Shown piece after piece: positions 1 through 9,283 of a stretch of 64,000 bases of DNA. Each line of letters begins with the position of its first letter. Position 1 is the stretch's first letter. The stretch spans positions 741 to 64,740 of the forward strand of contig JAZNWH010000089.1 in NCBI GenBank assembly GCA_045593265.1, in the 5' to 3' direction. The stretch comes from Clostridia bacterium. GTDB taxonomy: Bacteria > Bacillota > Clostridia > RGIG6154. The notes beneath the pieces were generated by a model. The model saw nothing but the letters and a program-made list of their open reading frames with translations, did not search any database and was not told where the DNA came from. Position numbers and translations under genes: made by a program.

Positions 1-26
1 ATTGTTGTTTAAGAACTTTATTTGAA

Positions 27-66
27 CCCTATGAGATAACAAAATTGTTGTCTCATAGGGTTTTTC
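27..66 (+). terminator. Rho-independent terminator of a gene lying upstream of the window
   Basis: Near-perfect 16-bp stem ccctatgagataacaa/ttgttgtctcataggg followed by TTTTT. Confidence 0.6.
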
Positions 67-193
67 TATATCAAAATATGATACGCATTAATCAAAGAAA
101 AGCACTTTTGAAAAAACTTCGTAGACTTATGCCATCTTCTGTGGTATGTTTGTGTTGCCGAAAGTAAATACAAATTTAGGAGATGAATAATTT

Positions 194-316
194 ATGAAGA
201 AACAAGGTGAATTGACACGAAGTGTCAAGAGAAGGTCCCCTGGGGGAAAAGTATTATGTACGGCATTAGCAGTGACTATACTGCTAACAACAGCATCAGC
301 AACTGCAAAACCTTGA
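194..316 (+). CDS. Hypothetical 40-aa peptide (MKKQGELTRSVKRRSPGGKVLCTALAVTILLTTASATAKP)
   Basis: AGGAGA ribosome-binding site 8 nt upstream of ATG; basic N-terminus followed by a hydrophobic segment; no homology recognised; could be a gene remnant. Confidence 0.2.
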   Translation: MKKQGELTRSVKRRSPGGKVLCTALAVTILLTTASATAKP

Positions 317-592
317 TGGTTCAGTAAATACCGAGTTACCTTCAGAAAAAGATGATCATCTGGTTCATCGGCGACATACCTTATGAGGTTGACTTGCCAC
401 AATAACAGCAGGTCTTTTTACAAGAAATTTTCCAAAAAGGCCTTGTAAAAAATATAGTTTTATGGTAGAGTAAATCTTGTAAAAGAGATTTATTCTGCCT
501 TTGGAATTGATAAGGGTAAAACCTTTCAAAACCGCATAAATACTGGTAAAAATAGCGGTGACAGTAAAACCGTCACGCTCGTACAAGAAAAA

Positions 593-630
593 GAGATAAA
601 TTTTACTGTCGGTAAAATTTATCTCTTTTT
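593..630 (+). terminator. Rho-independent terminator
   Basis: Perfect 13-bp stem gagataaatttta/taaaatttatctc, 7-nt loop, then TTTTT. Confidence 0.6.
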
Positions 631-631
631 C

Positions 632-796
632 AATGAATTGCCTGACGGCGTGAATTGAAATTAATAATTTCATGAATTGAGCCTACGGCTCTTGAATTGC
701 ACCTATCGGTGCATTAAAGGCAATTCAATTCATGTTGCAATAGCAATAATTCATGGTGAAACCAATTCATGACAACAAAGTTGTCAATTCATTTGA
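632..796. repeat. Symmetric array of 8 heptamer half-sites: four TGAATTG followed by four CAATTCA, at about 20-22 bp spacing
   Basis: Motif starts at about 634, 651, 673 and 693 (TGAATTG) and at about 723/728, 749, 763 and 785 (CAATTCA/AATTCA); centre of symmetry near 710. Confidence 0.6.
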
Positions 797-835
797 AAAT
801 CTATTGACAGTAAAATCACATCGCACTTGCAACAA

Positions 836-861
836 CCAAAAACACCTTCGGGTGTTTTTTT
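836..861. terminator. Bidirectional stem-loop terminator, serving the minus-strand GRE gene
   Basis: aacacc-ttcg-ggtgtt hairpin flanked by an A-run on one side and a T-run on the other. Confidence 0.6.
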
Positions 862-896
862 GTTACTACATGAAGAGAATTGAACTCCTTTAGATA

Positions 897-3173
897 TTAT
901 TCGTAGAAATTTCTTGTTAAAACTTCTTGTTGCCATTCGGGTGAAAGAGAAGTAAATTTTGCAGAAAAGCCTGTAACTCTCACTATTAATGAGGGATATT
1001 TTTCGGGATGTTTCTGGGCATCAAGAAGTTGCTCCTTTGATGTACAGTTAAGCTGAAGAGACTGGAGTGAAGAAGTCGCAGCTGCTCTTAAAAATGCCTC
1101 GCACAAATCAAGTGTTGTTTTTCCTGCAGGTAAAATAATATTTACAACACTATTTCCTGACATTTGTGATGCGTCAAGGCAAGAGAGAGAATTAACAACA
1201 TCGGTAACGGATGGTATTTTTTTCAGTCTTGATGGCGTAAGTCCCTGTGAAAAATACTCTCCGTTTTTTCGTCCGTCAGGGGTAGCTAAAGTTTTTTCGC
1301 CCCAAAATCTTATTTCTGTATAAGTGAGGTGCGAAAGATGCACCTTTCCACCATAAGTACCTTTTAAGCTTGAAAGCATTTTATATAAATCATCATTAAA
1401 TCTTTTTGCTAAAGTGCAGGACTCATTTTTCCCGTCTCCCCATCCTGAACACTTTATTGCATCGAGCCGTATATTTTCATATCCTTCCCAATTGTTTCTT
1501 ACTGCATTAAGCATTTCTTTAAGACTATATTTCTTTTCATCAAAACAAAGAGTTTTAATAGACATAAGAGAATCTACAATATTAGGAAAACCAAAACACA
1601 TAAAAATATCATCACGATATTTTGCTCCGCCAGCAGTGAAGTCCTTTTTATTTTCTATGCAATTTTTAAGTGTCGAAGAAAACAATGGAAGAACATCTAC
1701 TTTGTTATGTATGTTTCCACCAAGAGTTGTAACCCTGAGTCTTTCTTTAAAAAGAACCATACAGTTATCACACATTATTTTGTAAAATTCTTCAAAGCTT
1801 TGGGCACTATCAAAAACTTCAAACTGCATATTTACCTTTTCCATTTTATCGTAAAGCTTATGAATTGCAAATTCAAAAGGCTTTAAAAGATTTACATAAG
1901 TTCCTGCATCTGCCTTTTCAACTCCGTAGCTCTTTATATCCCAACATCCTGAAACAATATAATTTCTTGCTTCCTCAAGAGTTCTGCCTCCCTTAACAAG
2001 AGCAGGAATGGTTGCATCATCATTCTGATGAATAACAGTGGTAGTTCCGTTAATGACAGACTTATTAATTTCGTCAAGATATTCTTTTGGAGAGTTCTTA
2101 GAAAAACGACATTTGATTTTCGGATATATTATTTCTTCTTCCCTTGTTGCCTGCAAAAACATTTTCGTTACTTCATTATAAACCTCATTGCCGTCCTCGT
2201 CGCATCCACCTAAAACATAGGTGTTTTCAAACTCATGGTCAGCGTAGCCTACCATCTTCATATCATGGTCATAATGCATATCCCAGGTAATCAAAAATTT
2301 ACAAATTAAATTATAGGCTTCGTCTTGCGTAAGACTGCCCTCTTCAATCTCTTTTTTGTAAAAAGGATATAAATCAACATCTACTCTTCCAAAGGTATTA
2401 AAACCAACACCTTCTAATGCACCCATTGTTTTTCTTAAAAATGCATATGTATTTAAAACCTCATAAAAAGTCTCCGGTTTTTCCCAGGGTGTTCTTATAG
2501 CAGATTTATATATTCTTTCGTAATTTTTCCTGACAGCTGAATCGGTTTCATTTTCTGCAAGTTTTTTTGCTTTAAGAGCGAATTTTTCGCTCATTCTTTT
2601 AAGTGAGAGAAGCCCTTCGCACATAGAAGTCAAAAATTCTCTTTCTTCTTTTTCTTTTGCATCCGATAATGCATTTTGTGCTTTTTCAAAAACACCTTTA
2701 AGTCCTGTTTCTATTACTGTAGGATAATAGAATGTAAAATGCTGACTTACATCGTTATAAGGCCCGCACACAAGATACATAAGTTCTTCCGTCTGCGCTT
2801 TCTTTAATTCCCACAATTTTTCGTCCTGCTCAATGAATTTTCTCCAGTTTTTCCAGAAAGTCCATCCCCCTGCATGGCGTTTATTATTTCTGAAATCTCT
2901 TGCACCATCACAATGAGCTGAAATTGTGCCTGTTTCATAATAAAAGGGTGAATTTTTAAAAATTATCGGGTCAAATCTGTCAGAAATCACTTGATATTGA
3001 AGTGTTTTTCTTTCATAGGGAGTCATATCTTCCTTTTCCATACTATCTAAAACTTCAAGACATTTTACGCAAAATTCTTCACACATATCATCAACCTTAT
3101 TAGCATAAAAATCTCGCAATTCATCTCTTAAATTTAAATGTGTCATATAATCACCTCGAAAACAATATAACAT
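897..3173 (-). CDS. Glycyl radical enzyme (GRE) family protein, PFL-like, 758 aa
   Basis: C-terminal Gly_radical domain signature IVRVTGFSAKFTSLSPEWQQEVLTRNFY matches the RVxGYSAxF..LS.E.Q.E...R consensus with Y replaced by F; overall length is PFL-like; internal GGCDE and SGCW Cys loops. Confidence 0.7.
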   Translation of the reverse strand: MLYCFRGDYMTHLNLRDELRDFYANKVDDMCEEFCVKCLEVLDSMEKEDMTPYERKTLQYQVISDRFDPIIFKNSPFYYETGTISAHCDGARDFRNNKRHAGGWTFWKNWRKFIEQDEKLWELKKAQTEELMYLVCGPYNDVSQHFTFYYPTVIETGLKGVFEKAQNALSDAKEKEEREFLTSMCEGLLSLKRMSEKFALKAKKLAENETDSAVRKNYERIYKSAIRTPWEKPETFYEVLNTYAFLRKTMGALEGVGFNTFGRVDVDLYPFYKKEIEEGSLTQDEAYNLICKFLITWDMHYDHDMKMVGYADHEFENTYVLGGCDEDGNEVYNEVTKMFLQATREEEIIYPKIKCRFSKNSPKEYLDEINKSVINGTTTVIHQNDDATIPALVKGGRTLEEARNYIVSGCWDIKSYGVEKADAGTYVNLLKPFEFAIHKLYDKMEKVNMQFEVFDSAQSFEEFYKIMCDNCMVLFKERLRVTTLGGNIHNKVDVLPLFSSTLKNCIENKKDFTAGGAKYRDDIFMCFGFPNIVDSLMSIKTLCFDEKKYSLKEMLNAVRNNWEGYENIRLDAIKCSGWGDGKNESCTLAKRFNDDLYKMLSSLKGTYGGKVHLSHLTYTEIRFWGEKTLATPDGRKNGEYFSQGLTPSRLKKIPSVTDVVNSLSCLDASQMSGNSVVNIILPAGKTTLDLCEAFLRAAATSSLQSLQLNCTSKEQLLDAQKHPEKYPSLIVRVTGFSAKFTSLSPEWQQEVLTRNFYE

Positions 3174-3273
3174 TAGCCAAGCTTATATTCAATAGAATTT
3201 AGAGAAATTTGTAATATACGGAGATTAATATTTACATTTTTATTGTTATATGCTATATTAATATCGAAAGGAT

Positions 3274-4074
3274 TTGTTATTTATGGAATTTTACAATCTT
3301 AAAGTGAAAAAACTGGATTTTGTAGTCAGGTATAAAGCAACGGTCAAAAAATTTTCAAGCAGTAACAACCAACACATAATAGGCTTAAAACTGTCCGGTC
3401 GTGCTTTTCACGATTTTGGTTTCCAAAGTTTTACCATAGAAGAAAACTGTATTTATTTTTTAAATCAAAGAGAAAAATACAATGTAGAAATGAAGGAATT
3501 CGGCGAAGTAATTTCTGTACACTTCACAACATATGAGCCTATTGAAACAAACAGCTTTTGCATAAAAATACGAGACAGAAAAGAAATACTTCGTCTGCTG
3601 GAAAAACTTGAATTGCAGACCGCATTATCCGACGAAAGTGAAAATCAATTACTGAGCACATTCTATAATATCTGCGGAGAATTTGATAAATTACGAAAAA
3701 AGTCATATACAGGTAAAGATAAAAGACTGACAGATGCAAAAGAATTTATAGATTTACATTATAAAGAAGAAAACTGCTTCAAAGAAGCAGTTAATCTAAG
3801 CGGTATGTCTCAAAGGCATTTCGGTGAAATCTTTAAAAAGCAATTCGGCATTACCCCCTACAGATACATAGTGTCAAAAAAAATCGAACTGTCAAAAAAA
3901 CTACTGAAAACACAAAATATATCCGTAACAGATATATGCAACCTTTGTGGCTTTGGTGATATTTATTACTTCAGTAAGGTTTTTAAAACAGAAACAGGTG
4001 TAACCCCTACCCAATACAGAAAAAATTTTAAAAATGTCGGTAAGAAGACGGAGCAAGACCTGTCTCTGCTTTGA
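3274..4074 (+). CDS. AraC family transcriptional regulator
   Basis: C-terminal AraC helix-turn-helix (..HFGEIFKKQFGITPYRYI..ICNLCGFGDIYYFSKVFK..); N-terminal ligand-binding domain; divergent from GRE gene 1. Confidence 0.8.
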   Translation: MLFMEFYNLKVKKLDFVVRYKATVKKFSSSNNQHIIGLKLSGRAFHDFGFQSFTIEENCIYFLNQREKYNVEMKEFGEVISVHFTTYEPIETNSFCIKIRDRKEILRLLEKLELQTALSDESENQLLSTFYNICGEFDKLRKKSYTGKDKRLTDAKEFIDLHYKEENCFKEAVNLSGMSQRHFGEIFKKQFGITPYRYIVSKKIELSKKLLKTQNISVTDICNLCGFGDIYYFSKVFKTETGVTPTQYRKNFKNVGKKTEQDLSLL

Positions 4075-4777
4075 ATACTTTAGAAAAGTAATATACATCA
4101 GAAAAACCGCACATAGATGAAATCTCTTCTATACTAAACCCTTGTGTTTTAAGAAGCTTTTGAGCAAATTGTACTTTTTTCAAGATAATATACCGAGATG
4201 GTGTAGCATTAAAAACACTTTTAAACAAACGATCAAAATGTCTGCGTGAAACATTTACAAGATTGTATGCATCTTCAAGACAATTTTTATCGGTAAAATT
4301 CAAATCGATATATTCTTTTGCACCAACCATTCGTAAATCAGTAGGAGAATATTTTTTTGCACAAATATCATTAAACATACCGAAAAGCTTATATATATTA
4401 CTGTAAAGATTATAGTGCTGCTTTTCTTTAACTCTATTTTGCCTGTCTATTTTCTCAAATAATGTAATCATTTCATCCATATTATTAACTTTTATACAAA
4501 AGCTGTCTGTCGTAACTTCTTCATTAGTTGTAAAATGAATTGAATAGCTTGTTGCAAATTCATTGGCATACGCTTTAAAGTCATCTTTCTGATTAAGAAA
4601 AAATATACAATTTTCACCTATAGTAAATTTTTTATATCCAAAATCATGTATTTCATCCCCTGAAAAAGCTATTCCTATTATATGGTCTTTTCTGTTTTTC
4701 GCATCCCAGCTTCTGTAAGCTGAGGTATGTTTTATAACAAGATTTACTTTGTCAATTTGCATGTTTTCGAAATTCAT
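4028..4777 (-). CDS. AraC family transcriptional regulator, paralog of the 3274-4074 gene
   Basis: Same architecture and shared N-terminal motifs (HDFG[FY]..FTI.ENCI.FLNQ); C-terminal AraC helix-turn-helix; divergent from GRE gene 2; 47-bp convergent overlap with its paralog. Confidence 0.8.
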   Translation of the reverse strand: MNFENMQIDKVNLVIKHTSAYRSWDAKNRKDHIIGIAFSGDEIHDFGYKKFTIGENCIFFLNQKDDFKAYANEFATSYSIHFTTNEEVTTDSFCIKVNNMDEMITLFEKIDRQNRVKEKQHYNLYSNIYKLFGMFNDICAKKYSPTDLRMVGAKEYIDLNFTDKNCLEDAYNLVNVSRRHFDRLFKSVFNATPSRYIILKKVQFAQKLLKTQGFSIEEISSMCGFSDVYYFSKVFKAETGLAPSSYRHF

Positions 4778-4919
4778 AAACTCCCCTCCTTGTTAAATCA
4801 TTATATCATTTTGAATAATTCTGTCAACAACTTATGTCCATATTTTACAAAAAACTGTATTTCTGCATTGTTTTAAATACACAACAATAATATAATTTTC
4901 TTAAGAAAGGAATGATTGT

Positions 4920-7172
4920 ATGAATTATTCAAAAATGAGACAGGAACTAACAAACTTTTATTTTGAAGGAACAGGCGAAAGAGGCGAAGCTTTTCGCGAA
5001 AAGGTATGTAATGAACTTGATTCTTTATACCAGGAAGATATGAATCCTTACGAAATGAAGGTACTGCAATATAAATCTATCGTTGAAAATTTTGACCCTG
5101 TGCTTTTTTATTCATCACCGTATTATTATGAAACAGGTACAATGTGGGCACTTTGCGACGGTGGCCGTGATTTCAGAGGTTATAAACACGCAGGCGGATG
5201 GACTTACTGGAAAAACTGGCACCTTTTCAGAGATCAGGATCCACAAATGATGGACCTTATGTTCAAGCATTTCCAAGAAAATCTATATACATTAGGTGCT
5301 CCCGACGGTGCTTATAATGACACAATGCAACACTTTAACTTTAATACCAGACCTATCCTTGAAAAAGGTCTCAAAGGTATTTATGAGGAAGCAAAAGCCG
5401 GATTGGAAACAGCAAATGATTGGGAAGAAAAAGCATTTTTAAATTCTGTTTGCGAAGCAATGCTCACTTTGAAAAAAATGAGCGAAAAGTTTTCTGAAAA
5501 GGCAAGAGAAATGCTTGAAAGCGCTCCCGATGAAGAAAGCCGCAAAAATATGATGCTTATATATGAAACCGCTAAAAGAACACCTTGGGAAAAGCCACGG
5601 TCTTTATATGAAGCTTTAAATGCTCTTGCTTTTATGAGAAAAGCGGTAGGTGCTTTGGAAGGAATAGGACCTAACACCTTCGGAAGAGTAGATATGGACC
5701 TTTATCCTTTTTATAAAGCCGATATTGAATCAGGGAAAATTACCAAAGAAGAAGCTTATGATCTTATTGCAAAATTTCTTCTTACCTGGGATTTACATTT
5801 TGACCATGATACGGAAATGAAAGGCTATTCAGACCACGAGCTTGAAAACACATATGTTCTCGGCGGATGCGATAAAGATGGAAATCCCCTTTACAATGAA
5901 GTAACAAAAATGTTTTTACAAGCAACAAGAGAAGAGGTTATAATATTCCCCAAAATCACATGCCGTTTTTCAAAGAATTCGCCGAAAGAATATCTTGATG
6001 AAATAAATAAGTCTGTTGCTAACTCAACAAGCACACTTTTATTTCAGAATGACGATGCAACAATCCCTGCGGTACTTAAAGCAGGAAAAACTTTGGAAGA
6101 AGCAAGAGACTATTTAATAACAGGTTGTTGGGCAATATCGGGTAATGAAATCGAAAAAATTGATGATGGATGCTATGTTAATATACTAAAAGTATTTGAA
6201 TTTACTATTCACAACAGCACCGAAAAAATGAAAAAAATCCAAATGACCTTTAAACCTATAGATGAAGCACAAAGTTTTGAAGAGCTTTATCAAATTTATT
6301 GCGATAATATACTTGTTCTGTTCGAAAAACGTGCCGAAATAGCACGAAAAGGGGGAAATATATGGAACAAGGTTGACCCTTTGCCTATTTTTTCATCAAC
6401 CCTCAAAGACTGTATAAAAAATAAAAAAGATTATACTGCCGGCGGTGCAAAATACCGTGATAGCAGATATGAGCTTGTCGGTTTTCCTGATGTTGTTGAC
6501 TCTCTCCTGGCTATAAAAAGGCTTTGCTTTGAAGAAAAAAAATATACACTCAAGGAAATGCTTATTGGGGTAAGAAACAACTGGGAAAACTGTGAAGAAA
6601 TGCGTCTTGATGCCATAAACTGCAGAGGTTGGGGTGATGGTGATGAAGAAGCTTCAGCTTTTGCCAACAAATTTAACAACGACCTTTACAATATGGCACA
6701 GAAACAAATCGGTACATATGGTGGTAAAATAGTTATAGGACATTTTACTTATACCGAAATAAGATTCTGGGGAGAAAAGACATTGGCAACTCCTAACGGA
6801 CGCAAAAACGGAGAATATATAACACAGGGCGTTACTCCGTCAAGGCTCAAGAAAATACCATCTGTTACCAGTGTGGTAAACTCTTTTAAACATCTTGACT
6901 CCAGCAAAATTGGAGGTAACTCTGTAGTAAATATTATTCTTCCTGACAAAATCCCGCTTGATTTATGTGAGGCATTTTTAAGAACCGCAGCAGATTCAGG
7001 CATTATGTCATTACAACTTAACTGCACATCAAAAGAACAACTTCTAGATGCACAAAAGCATCCTGAAAAATATCCGGAACTTATTATAAGAATATGCGGG
7101 TTCTCTGCTAAATTCACTTCTCTTTCGCCTGAATGGCAACAAGAAGTGTTGTCTCGAAATTTCTATAATTAA
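4920..7172 (+). CDS. Glycyl radical enzyme family protein, 750 aa, paralog of the 897-3173 gene
   Basis: Collinear similarity to the first GRE across the whole length; C-terminus IIRICGFSAKFTSLSPEWQQEVLSRNFYN is a Gly_radical domain carrying the same G-F variant. Confidence 0.7.
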   Translation: MNYSKMRQELTNFYFEGTGERGEAFREKVCNELDSLYQEDMNPYEMKVLQYKSIVENFDPVLFYSSPYYYETGTMWALCDGGRDFRGYKHAGGWTYWKNWHLFRDQDPQMMDLMFKHFQENLYTLGAPDGAYNDTMQHFNFNTRPILEKGLKGIYEEAKAGLETANDWEEKAFLNSVCEAMLTLKKMSEKFSEKAREMLESAPDEESRKNMMLIYETAKRTPWEKPRSLYEALNALAFMRKAVGALEGIGPNTFGRVDMDLYPFYKADIESGKITKEEAYDLIAKFLLTWDLHFDHDTEMKGYSDHELENTYVLGGCDKDGNPLYNEVTKMFLQATREEVIIFPKITCRFSKNSPKEYLDEINKSVANSTSTLLFQNDDATIPAVLKAGKTLEEARDYLITGCWAISGNEIEKIDDGCYVNILKVFEFTIHNSTEKMKKIQMTFKPIDEAQSFEELYQIYCDNILVLFEKRAEIARKGGNIWNKVDPLPIFSSTLKDCIKNKKDYTAGGAKYRDSRYELVGFPDVVDSLLAIKRLCFEEKKYTLKEMLIGVRNNWENCEEMRLDAINCRGWGDGDEEASAFANKFNNDLYNMAQKQIGTYGGKIVIGHFTYTEIRFWGEKTLATPNGRKNGEYITQGVTPSRLKKIPSVTSVVNSFKHLDSSKIGGNSVVNIILPDKIPLDLCEAFLRTAADSGIMSLQLNCTSKEQLLDAQKHPEKYPELIIRICGFSAKFTSLSPEWQQEVLSRNFYN

Positions 7173-7177
7173 AACAA

Positions 7178-7216
7178 AAAAACTCTTGTTTTCCACTTGG
7201 AAACAAGAGTTTTTTA
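7178..7216. terminator. Bidirectional terminator between GRE gene 2 (+) and lysK (-)
   Basis: actcttgttttcca/tggaaacaagagt stem with an A-run upstream and TTTTTT downstream. Confidence 0.65.
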
Positions 7217-7226
7217 TTTAAATTTT

Positions 7227-9236
7227 TTATTTAATTTGTGTACCTGCAGGAACCATGTCGTCAACAAAAATTACTTTACAGCCACAAGCATTATTAGTTG
7301 CTGCAAGAAGCATACCCTGACTTGTTACGCCTGTAAGACGTGCAGGTGCTAAGTTTGCAACTACGATTATTTTTTTACCGATTAATTCTTCTGGCTTATA
7401 ATCGTGTTTGATGCTGGAAACGATAACTCTTTCTCCCTCACCGTCAAAAAGTGTAAGCTTTAAATTATTCTGTGCTTTTCTGATTTCGCTTACCTTTACG
7501 ATTTCGCAAACTCTTAAATCAATTTCCATAAATTTATCTAAATCTATTTCTGCCTTTACAGGTTCAACGGGGTCAGGTTCTCCATAAACCTTTTCTTCAA
7601 CAATCTCTTCTTCCACAACAGGCGGAGCAAGTTCCTCTTCAGTTGCAGGATATGAGAAATCGAGAAGTCCTACATATTTAGCAGGGTCAATAGCAAAAAG
7701 GAAAAGATAAAGTCTTGGCCCTTTTTCCTTATTAATTAAAAGCTTGTATACATTCTTAAAGAAATCGCCCTGAACTTTTTTAAGGTCATTTTTGCTGTCC
7801 ACAAACTGAGGATAAACTTCCTTGGGAATTTCATAAAGCTGAGTATTTAAAGTATCTAAATCGTATCCGCCTGCTTTTATAAAATCGTGAAGAAGCTGAA
7901 TTTCTTTCTTCTCTTCTTCTGTAAGTTCATTATATACGTCCCAATTTCTCAAAGTTCTTAACTTATTAACAGCTTCAGGTGCACAATTTTCAAGCCAGAA
8001 TTTTGCTCTTTCAAGTCTGTCAGCAAAATCTTCATACTTGTAAGGTGTGCCGATTTTTTCAAATACAGTTTCAAGCATAGGAATATTAAAATCAACAACC
8101 GAACCAAGCTGAACAAGATGACCGAGAGGTACTGTTTTAATCTCTCTTCCGTCAATAAGACAGTTTTCGATTACAGAGTTTGTAAGCTCGTCGCCAAGCC
8201 CTTCTTTATAGGTTGTATACTGCTTATCAAATTCAAAATACTGACGAAGTATTCCGTCGTCGAAACAAAAGTCAAAAGCTTTAGTTGGATGCGTTTTTGA
8301 ATAGAGCCACAAAATAACCTCAGGCTGGTAAATGTTAAGGAGCGTATCAGGAGTAAGGTTAAGACCTGATGAACCTGACATTTTACCTGTTGATCCTTTG
8401 ATACCTATAAATTCATAGCCCTGGAAAATAGGTGCTTCGAAACCAAAAATTTCTTTAGAAATTATACGGCTTGTCTGATAACTTCCTGTAGGTGAAGCAT
8501 GGTCTTTTCCACCCGGTTCAAAATCAACACCTTCGTACATCCAACGCATAGGCCAGTCTATTTTCCATGCAAGCTTACAATTAAAGTCAGTTGTGAAATT
8601 AAAATGACCTGTATGTCCGCAAGCACATTCATAGTCTGCTTCTTCACAATTCTCTGAAAGAGAAAGAATTTTTGTTGTATCTTTACCACATACAGGGCAA
8701 TAAATACTTACAGGATAATATCTTTCCTTTTCGCCTTCTTCAGCTTCCTGAGTACGGAAACTATCTAGTATTTCGAAAATTCTGCCTCTCATTTTAAGGG
8801 CATGAATAACATGCTCGGCATATTTACCACTTCTGTTCATTTCAGCCTGATAACGATAATCCATTTCTATGCCGAATTTTTTCATTGAACTTTCAAATTC
8901 TTTCTCGAAATGAACTGCATAATTTTCACAGTCATCGTCAAAAGGATTTTTAACATCAACATATGGCATTCCTATATATTTTTCCATATCGTCATCAATT
9001 TTGGCTACGTTAACAGGCACTTTACGAAATCTGTCAAACTCGTCCCATGAGAATAAAAGCTTTGCCTTTTTACCCATTCTTCTCAGAGCCTTAACAACAA
9101 AATAGCTTGTTGCAATATCACGAAAATTTCCGATATGAATTGAGCCTGACGGACTTATTCCTGCCGCACAAACATATTCTTCTTTATTTGGATTTCTTTC
9201 AATAATCTGCTTTGCAATTTCTTCAGACCAATGCAA
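7227..9236 (-). CDS. lysK: Class I lysyl-tRNA synthetase (LysK type) with a C-terminal EMAP/Trbp111-like tRNA-binding domain
   Basis: N-terminus GISPSGSIHIGNFRD..WDEFDRFRKVP and KMSGSSG are near-identical to motifs in archaeal/spirochaetal class I LysRS; Zn-binding Cys cluster CPVCG..CACGH; C-terminal ..VVANLAPARLTGVTSQGMLLAA resembles the MetRS/Trbp111 tRNA-binding domain. Confidence 0.85.
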   Translation of the reverse strand: MHWSEEIAKQIIERNPNKEEYVCAAGISPSGSIHIGNFRDIATSYFVVKALRRMGKKAKLLFSWDEFDRFRKVPVNVAKIDDDMEKYIGMPYVDVKNPFDDDCENYAVHFEKEFESSMKKFGIEMDYRYQAEMNRSGKYAEHVIHALKMRGRIFEILDSFRTQEAEEGEKERYYPVSIYCPVCGKDTTKILSLSENCEEADYECACGHTGHFNFTTDFNCKLAWKIDWPMRWMYEGVDFEPGGKDHASPTGSYQTSRIISKEIFGFEAPIFQGYEFIGIKGSTGKMSGSSGLNLTPDTLLNIYQPEVILWLYSKTHPTKAFDFCFDDGILRQYFEFDKQYTTYKEGLGDELTNSVIENCLIDGREIKTVPLGHLVQLGSVVDFNIPMLETVFEKIGTPYKYEDFADRLERAKFWLENCAPEAVNKLRTLRNWDVYNELTEEEKKEIQLLHDFIKAGGYDLDTLNTQLYEIPKEVYPQFVDSKNDLKKVQGDFFKNVYKLLINKEKGPRLYLFLFAIDPAKYVGLLDFSYPATEEELAPPVVEEEIVEEKVYGEPDPVEPVKAEIDLDKFMEIDLRVCEIVKVSEIRKAQNNLKLTLFDGEGERVIVSSIKHDYKPEELIGKKIIVVANLAPARLTGVTSQGMLLAATNNACGCKVIFVDDMVPAGTQIK

Positions 9237-9283
9237 TATAAAACACTCCTATTAATTAATTTTGCATAACTTTACAAGATAGT

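Noticed and set aside
127-673. Minus-strand ORFs of 91 and 102 aa at the window start
   Set aside because: TTG or weak starts, no ribosome-binding site and no recognisable domains. They overlap terminator hairpins and the repeat-bearing non-coding region, so they are probably spurious.
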